From an uncultured Acidobacteriota bacterium (lineage in GTDB: Bacteria > Actinomycetota > Acidimicrobiia > Spongiisociales > ZC4RG35), in assembly GCA_963734115.1 (NCBI GenBank), contig CAVTFV010000006.1, positions 310,166 to 374,165 of the forward strand: a stretch of 64,000 nucleotides of DNA. The letters are read 5' to 3'. The notes under the pieces were generated by a model, which saw only the letters and a list, made by a program, of their open reading frames with translations, made no database searches and was not told the DNA's origin. The position numbers and the translations under genes are program-made. This document shows, piece after piece, positions 58,487-64,000 of the stretch (within the stretch, counting starts at the first letter, position 1; each line of letters opens with the position of its first letter).

Positions 58487-61213
58487 TCAGACCGCCACGG
58501 CCGCCTCCGGCGCAGACGCCCCTCGACGCAGGAACAGCTTGATCAACTCTTCGACCACGAGCAGGCTCAAGGCGATCCCGACACAGATCGCCCACTGGTT
58601 GAAGCCAAGCTCGACCGTGGAGAAGATGCGCTGGAGGAACCCGAGCATGGTCACCAGGATGATGGCCAGCAGGGCGAACCCGTAACGTCGCAGCTGGGTT
58701 GGGCCGGGCAGCGCGGCCCGGTCGAAGATGGTGTTTTCCTGATCCCGTGCCATGTAACCGGCGACCAGGTGGAACAGCGACAGCGTGGTCAACAACATCG
58801 TGGAGGCGACCGCGGCCCCGTATTCCGGCTCGGCCAGCAGGTAGACGGCGAGGGTGCCGACGGTCATGACAAAGCCCTGCACACAAAGCCGGACCCAATC
58901 CCTGGCGGAGAGGACCGGGGCGCCCACCGGTCTCGGCGCCCGCTGCATCAGCCCGGGGGTGGGCTCGTCGAAGCCGAGGGCGATGGCGAGGGGGATGTCG
59001 ATCACCATGTTTAGCCACAGGATCTGGAGCGGGTTGAGCGGGATGCCCCCGGCGATGGCGAAGATGCCGGCACCGATGAACACGGCGATATAGGCGACCA
59101 GGGTCGACATCTGGAAGCGCAGGTACTTGAGGAGGTTGTCGTAGAGGGCACGTCCGTACTCGACCGCGCCGACGATGGTGGCGAAGTTGTCGTCGGTGAG
59201 GATCATCACCGCCGCCTCCTTGGAGACCTCGGTGCCGGTGATCCCCATCGCCACGCCGATGTCGGCCGCCTTCAGCGCCGGGGCGTCGTTGACTCCGTCT
59301 CCGGTCATCGCAACCACGTTCTGGGACTGCTGCAGCATCCGGACCAGCCGCACCTTGTCTTCGGGGGCGACCCGGGCGATGACCCCGATCTCCGGAAGCT
59401 GTTCGATCAGCTGTTCGTCGCTCATCGCCGAGAACTGGGCGCCGGTGATCGCCCTGCCTTCGATGCCGAGCTCCCCGGCGATGGCAGCGGCGGTGGTGGC
59501 ATGGTCGCCGGTGATCATCCGCACCCGGATCCCGGCGTCGTGGCACTTGGCGATCGCAGCCTTGGCCTCGGCCCGGGGCGGATCGACGATCCCGATCATC
59601 GCGAGCAGGGTCAGGTCCTGGACGAGATCGATCAGGTTCCCGTTCGGATCGAAGGAATCCGGATCGAAGTCCCGCTCGGCGACAACCATCACACGCTCTC
59701 CCGATGCCGCCATCCGGTCATTGGCCTCGATGGCGAGGTCCTTGTTCAGGTCGGTGACGGGGACCTTCCCCCCGTCGGGGCCGAGATAGGAGCCACCTCG
59801 GGCGATGAGCACGTCGGGTGCGCCCTTCACATAGCAACGGATGACCGGAGCGCCGTCACGGCCCTTCATCTCGTGGAAGGTGGCCATGAACTTGTAGTCC
59901 GAGTCGAATGGGACCTCGGCCACCCTGGGGTAAGTCGATCGGGTGCGCTCGATGTCCAACCCGCCTTTGGCCCCGAGCACGATCAGGGCGCCTTCGGTGG
60001 GGTCGCCGATGAGGCTCTCCCCGTCGAGGACCGCGTCGGCGCACAGGATCATCGGCAGCAGACAGTGGTCGAGATCGATATCGGCCCCGCCCACGTGCTT
60101 GATCTCACCAATCGTCGAGTAGCCCTCTCCGGAGACCTGAAACACGTTCTGGCCGGGGATCACCATCTCCCGGGCGGTCATCTTGTTCAGGGTCAGGGTC
60201 CCGGTCTTGTCGGAGCAGATTGCCGAAGTCGAGCCCAGGGTCTCGACGGCCGGGAGACGTTTCACAATGGCGTGGCGCCGGGCGATCTCCCGGGTGCCGA
60301 TCGACAAAAGCGCAGTCACCACGGCGGGGAGCCCGGTGGGGATGGCCGCAACCGCCAGCGCAACTCCGGTGATGAACAGGGTGTCGAAGGTCTCGCCCTG
60401 GGCCAGCCCCAGCAACACCACGATGACCAGGGCCACCGCGGCGATAGAGGCGATGATCTTGGACAGGGCGTCCAGTTGCTTTTGAAGCGGGGTCTTGTCT
60501 GTCTCGGTGGCGGCCAGCATCCCGGCGATGTGGCCGATCTCGGTCTCCATCCCGGTGGCGGTGATGACGAACTCGCCGCGCCCTCGGGTCACCGAGGTGT
60601 TCATGTAGACCATGCAGGTGCGATCGCCGAGAGGCACGTCATCTCCCGTCACCGGCGCGATGTCCTTGCTGACCGGGAGGCTCTCCCCGGTCAGGGCCGC
60701 TTCCTCGATCTCCAACGTCGCGGCAACGGTGATCCGACCATCGGCGGGCACCAGATTCCCCGCCTCGACCAGCACCACATCGCCTGGCACCAATTCAGAT
60801 GCGTCGATCTCTAGGACCTGGCCGTCGCGACGAACCCGGGCGATGGTCTTCATCATCGAGGCCAGGGCGGCGACGCTCTCCTCCGCCTTTGCCTCCTGGC
60901 GGAGTCCGATCACCGCGTTGAAGACGGTGAGGCCGGCGAGCAGCACCGTCGTCGGGGTGTCGCCGGTCACCAACTGGTTGACCACTGCCGCCGCCAGCAG
61001 CACGATCTGCATGAAGTCCTCGTACTGGCGGAGAAAGGCCCGGAGCCCCGACTCCTTCTCCCCCTCGGCCAGCCGGTTCTTCCCATACTTGGCCACGCGT
61101 TGTTCGACCTCGGGGGCGTCGAGGCCGCGTTGTGGGTCCACCGCGAGGGTGAGAGCCGCCTCGGTCGCCTCCATGGCGTACCAATCGGCGCGCTCGGTCA
61201 CTTGTCCGGTCAT
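58487..61213 (-). CDS. Cation-transporting P-type ATPase (type II, Ca2+/Mg2+-like)
   Basis: ATG 61213 gives MTGQVTERADWYAM.. Motifs: ICSDKTGTLT (phosphorylation site), TGES, MITGDH, TGDGVNDAPALK, and about 10 TM segments. The track ORF extension to 61441 is unlikely. Confidence 0.9.
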   Translation of the reverse strand: MTGQVTERADWYAMEATEAALTLAVDPQRGLDAPEVEQRVAKYGKNRLAEGEKESGLRAFLRQYEDFMQIVLLAAAVVNQLVTGDTPTTVLLAGLTVFNAVIGLRQEAKAEESVAALASMMKTIARVRRDGQVLEIDASELVPGDVVLVEAGNLVPADGRITVAATLEIEEAALTGESLPVSKDIAPVTGDDVPLGDRTCMVYMNTSVTRGRGEFVITATGMETEIGHIAGMLAATETDKTPLQKQLDALSKIIASIAAVALVIVVLLGLAQGETFDTLFITGVALAVAAIPTGLPAVVTALLSIGTREIARRHAIVKRLPAVETLGSTSAICSDKTGTLTLNKMTAREMVIPGQNVFQVSGEGYSTIGEIKHVGGADIDLDHCLLPMILCADAVLDGESLIGDPTEGALIVLGAKGGLDIERTRSTYPRVAEVPFDSDYKFMATFHEMKGRDGAPVIRCYVKGAPDVLIARGGSYLGPDGGKVPVTDLNKDLAIEANDRMAASGERVMVVAERDFDPDSFDPNGNLIDLVQDLTLLAMIGIVDPPRAEAKAAIAKCHDAGIRVRMITGDHATTAAAIAGELGIEGRAITGAQFSAMSDEQLIEQLPEIGVIARVAPEDKVRLVRMLQQSQNVVAMTGDGVNDAPALKAADIGVAMGITGTEVSKEAAVMILTDDNFATIVGAVEYGRALYDNLLKYLRFQMSTLVAYIAVFIGAGIFAIAGGIPLNPLQILWLNMVIDIPLAIALGFDEPTPGLMQRAPRPVGAPVLSARDWVRLCVQGFVMTVGTLAVYLLAEPEYGAAVASTMLLTTLSLFHLVAGYMARDQENTIFDRAALPGPTQLRRYGFALLAIILVTMLGFLQRIFSTVELGFNQWAICVGIALSLLVVEELIKLFLRRGASAPEAAVAV

Positions 61214-61277
61214 CGTCTCCCTCGGCGTCGTTAGGGTCGGCTGCACTCGCATCCAACCAGATCGGATCGACCTCAGT

Positions 61278-62772
61278 ATGACCACGATTGTCCCCCGCTG
61301 GGAGTGGCGCACCTTCGGCACCGACTTCGGGGTTGCCGAAGACTTGTTCGCCGCTCTCGAGCCAACGGCGATCCAGGAGTCCAACGAGGTGTATCTGCGC
61401 ACCGGATCCGGCCCCATCGTCAAGATCCGTGACGAGCTCATGGACGTGAAGGTGCTTCAGGCGGTGAGTCCCGAAGGTCTCGAGCAATGGGTCCCGGTGA
61501 TGAAGGAGGGCTTCCCTCTGGCGGCGACAGACGTGACCAAGGTCTTCGAGATGCTGGACGATCGCTTCGCCAACGCTGGAGCGCGACTCATACACCCTCG
61601 ACCAGCTCCTGTCCGAGGTCATCGCGCCCCATCCTGAGGTGAGCGCGGTGCCAATCCACAAGAAACGGATGCGCTACTCGTTGGACGGCTGCATGGCCGA
61701 GCTGACCGATTTGATAGTCGACGGCGTCCCGATGAGGACGATCGCCATCGAGTCAGAGGATCCGGACAAAGTCATCGCTGCTGTCAATGCCCATGGCCTG
61801 GAGACGCTGCTGAATCACAACTTCGTCCGTGCCATGACAACCATTCTCGGCGATCGGGGCGAGCGGTATGCCGTCGTCGACGTCGGCACCAACTCGGTCA
61901 AGTTCCACGTGGCCGAGCAGACTCCTGATGGGAAGTGGAAGGCCGTCGCCGACCGGGCCGAGCTGACACGTCTCGGGGAGGGCCAGGAACCCAATGGCGC
62001 GATATCCGACGAGGCCATGACGCGCACCGGGACGGCGATCGCAGCGATGGTGCGCGAGGCCAGAGAGCACCGGGCCCGGGCCATCGTCCTGGTGGGCACT
62101 GCGGCGCTGCGCACGGCCTCAAATCGTGACGAGGTGATCGAGCACATTCGGAAAGGAACCGGGTTCACCGTTGAGGCCATCACCGGTGAGGAGGAAGCTC
62201 GCCTCGCCTATCTGGCGGTCAAAGCCGAGCTCAGCCTGAATCAAGGCTCGTTGGTCGTGTTCGACACCGGAGGGGGAAGCTCCCAGTTCACCTTTGGCGA
62301 GGGTGACGAGGTGGTCGAGCGCTTCAGTGTCCCGGTGGGCGCGGTGCGTTATACGGAGGCCTTTGGGCTCGACGATGCGGTAGAGGTGGATGTTCTCGAC
62401 TCGGCGCTCGACGCGATCGCCAGTGACCTGTCATCTCTCGACGATCGCACCCCACCCGATGCACTGGTGGGCATGGGAGGAGCGGTCACCAACATCACTG
62501 CGGTATATCACGAGCTAGCGACCTACGACCCCGACGTGGTCCAGGGAACGGTCCTGGATCGTGCTGAGATCAATCGACAGATCGAGATGTACCGGACTCA
62601 GGACACCGAGGCCCGCCGTTCGATCGTCGGGCTCCAACCCAAACGCGCCGACGTGATCCTGGCCGGAGCCTGTGTCGTCCGCACCGTGATGGAAAAGCTG
62701 GGTCAAGAGATTCTCACGGTGAGCGATCGAGGGCTACGTCACGGTCTGATTCGGGAGCGGTTCGGCAACTAG
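61278..62772 (+). pseudogene. CYTH-like domain fused to a Ppx/GppA-family phosphatase; one frame break near 61558-61562
   Basis: ATG 61278 gives MTTIVPRWEWRTFG..IVKIRDELMDVKVL.. (tail of ORF 60612-61637). It joins ..IASPTLERDSYTLDQLL..VPIHKKRMRYSLDGCMAELTDLIV..IAIESED.. and then the Ppx/GppA core: YAVVDVGTNSVKFHV..VLVGTAALR..VFDTGGGSSQF (ORF 61639-62772). Confidence 0.75.
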
Positions 62773-64000
62773 TCGCTCGGAGCCGCGTCCTCCTGGTGGG
62801 CTCGCACCGCCAGATAGGTCTTGGCGTGTATCCGCTCAGGTCCATAGAGCTCCAACAGGCCATCGGCAGCCAGGACCTCTCTCACCTCGGCCTTCAGATT
62901 GGAAAGGTGCAGGGCCAGACCCAGGTCGGCGGCGATCTCATGGAGCTCCCGAAGTTTCTCCGCGCCTTGTGAGTCGATGAAGTTCACACTGCCGCAATCG
63001 ATGACGACGGTGCGGATCGGAGTGTTCCCGATCGAGCAAGATCTCGCGCAGCTGATCTTGCAGAGCGTCCGCACTGGCGAAGAAGAGACCGCCGTCGAAG
63101 CGGACAACCAGCAGTCCAGGGAACGTGACGCCCTCCGGATAGCTGGCGAGATCTCCGAATACCTGGGTGCCGGGCTGATTCCCCAGTTCGACGATGTTGG
63201 GTCGGGTGGAGACGTAGACCAGCCAGACAAGCGAGAGCACGATTCCGATGATGACTCCCGCCAGCACTCCGAAGGTCAGCACACCGGCGATGGCGGCCAC
63301 CGCGATCCAGAAGTCGAATCGCTGCACCCGAAACAGACGACGCAGCGCCGGCACATCCATCATCCCGAACACAACGGCGTCGATGATCACCGCGGCCAAC
63401 ACCGCCTTGGGCAGGTCGGAGAAGAGCGGAGCGAGGAACAGCATCGTCACCACGACGAGGAGCCCCGTGACCAACGAGGACATCTGAGTCCTAGCGCCGG
63501 ACTGCTCGTTCAGGGAGCTGGCCGAGAGGCTGGTCGAGACCGGTATTCCTTGGACCAGGCTGGATCCGACATTGGCCAGACCTTGGGCGACGGACTCCTG
63601 ATTGATATTGATCCGATAGCCGTGTTTCGAGGCGAACTCACGGGCGTCGCCCGCCGACTGGGAGAATCCGATGAGCAGTACTCCGATTGCTGCCGGGCCG
63701 ATGATCGAGAGATTTGCGGTGAGATAGGCGAGGTCGGGCACGACCACCGAGGGCAGGCCACTCGGCACCTCGCCGACCAGGGCGATGTCGAGGTCGAGCA
63801 GACGTGTCGCCAGAATCCCCAGGACGACGAGCACCAAGGCTCCCGGCGCCCGGCGCGCCCAGAAACGGAGACCCAGGATCACGCCGAGCGAGGCGAGGCC
63901 CACGAGGAGGGTCGTCAGGTCGGTTGCGCCCAGGGATCTGATCCAGCTGCCGAACTCGCGCCAGGTGTTGGCGCCCTCGGCCGAAGTCCCGGTCAGTTTG
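62769..64000 (-). pseudogene. SulP/SLC26 transporter plus STAS, second copy; 5' end lies outside the window; one frame break near 63040
   Basis: ORF 62938-63903 and beyond: ..LLIGFSQSAGDAREFA..INQESVAQGLANVGSSL..RPNIVELG..LLVVRFDGGLFFASADAL. The STAS end lies in ORF 62769-63230 (..TVVIDCGSVNFIDSQGAEKLRELH..LHLSNLKAEV..). Confidence 0.75.

Noticed and set aside
59501-60814. A 437-aa plus-strand ORF. The same reasoning applies to 58440-59546 (minus), 42316-43323 (minus) and 30554-31483 (plus).
   Set aside because: Each lies antisense to, or out of frame with, strongly supported genes (P-type ATPase, aminotransferase, cvnA) and encodes low-complexity R/G/P/D-rich sequence.

Overview
This is a high-GC chromosomal segment (about two-thirds G+C by eye, not computed) that looks actinobacterial. 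Supporting loci are a cvnABCD conservon, Ku/LigB/LigD end-joining genes, an LCP protein, an F420-type nitroreductase, LtrA proteins and several cyclase-AAA-TPR proteins. I count about 55 tightly packed protein-coding loci on both strands. I recognised no rRNA, tRNA, CRISPR array, transposase or integrase.

Main themes:
1. Cyclic-nucleotide signalling is unusually dense. Five class III cyclase genes carry seven cyclase domains, and cNMP-binding domains are fused to a SulP-STAS transporter and to an MFS transporter. There is also a CYTH-like/Ppx-GppA fusion and a PAS plus MBL-hydrolase pair.
2. Non-homologous end joining is split into separate genes: Ku with an N-terminal HeH-like module, a stand-alone LigD polymerase next to a LigB-type ligase, and a phosphoesterase-ligase LigD translationally coupled to an adenylate cyclase.
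3. A complete conservon lies at 28600-31375.
4. An uncharacterised four-gene operon lies at 15925-18443. It encodes two serine proteases without signal peptides, a free-standing copy of one protease's N-domain, and a small beta-sandwich protein. This is my best candidate for an undescribed multi-gene system.
5. A locus at 32.2-35.1 kb encodes two secreted repeat proteins. One is a Q/N/D/T-rich modular protein with near-identical 240-bp modules and a perfect 24-bp x14 tandem array encoding (DKDDRDHK)n.

Caveat: about 22 loci are interrupted by 1-2 nt frame breaks, and these cluster in blocks that alternate with fully intact blocks. I cannot tell patchy assembly or polishing error from real gene decay using sequence alone. 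Such loci are listed as whole-span pseudogenes. All family assignments come from motifs read by eye and need database confirmation.
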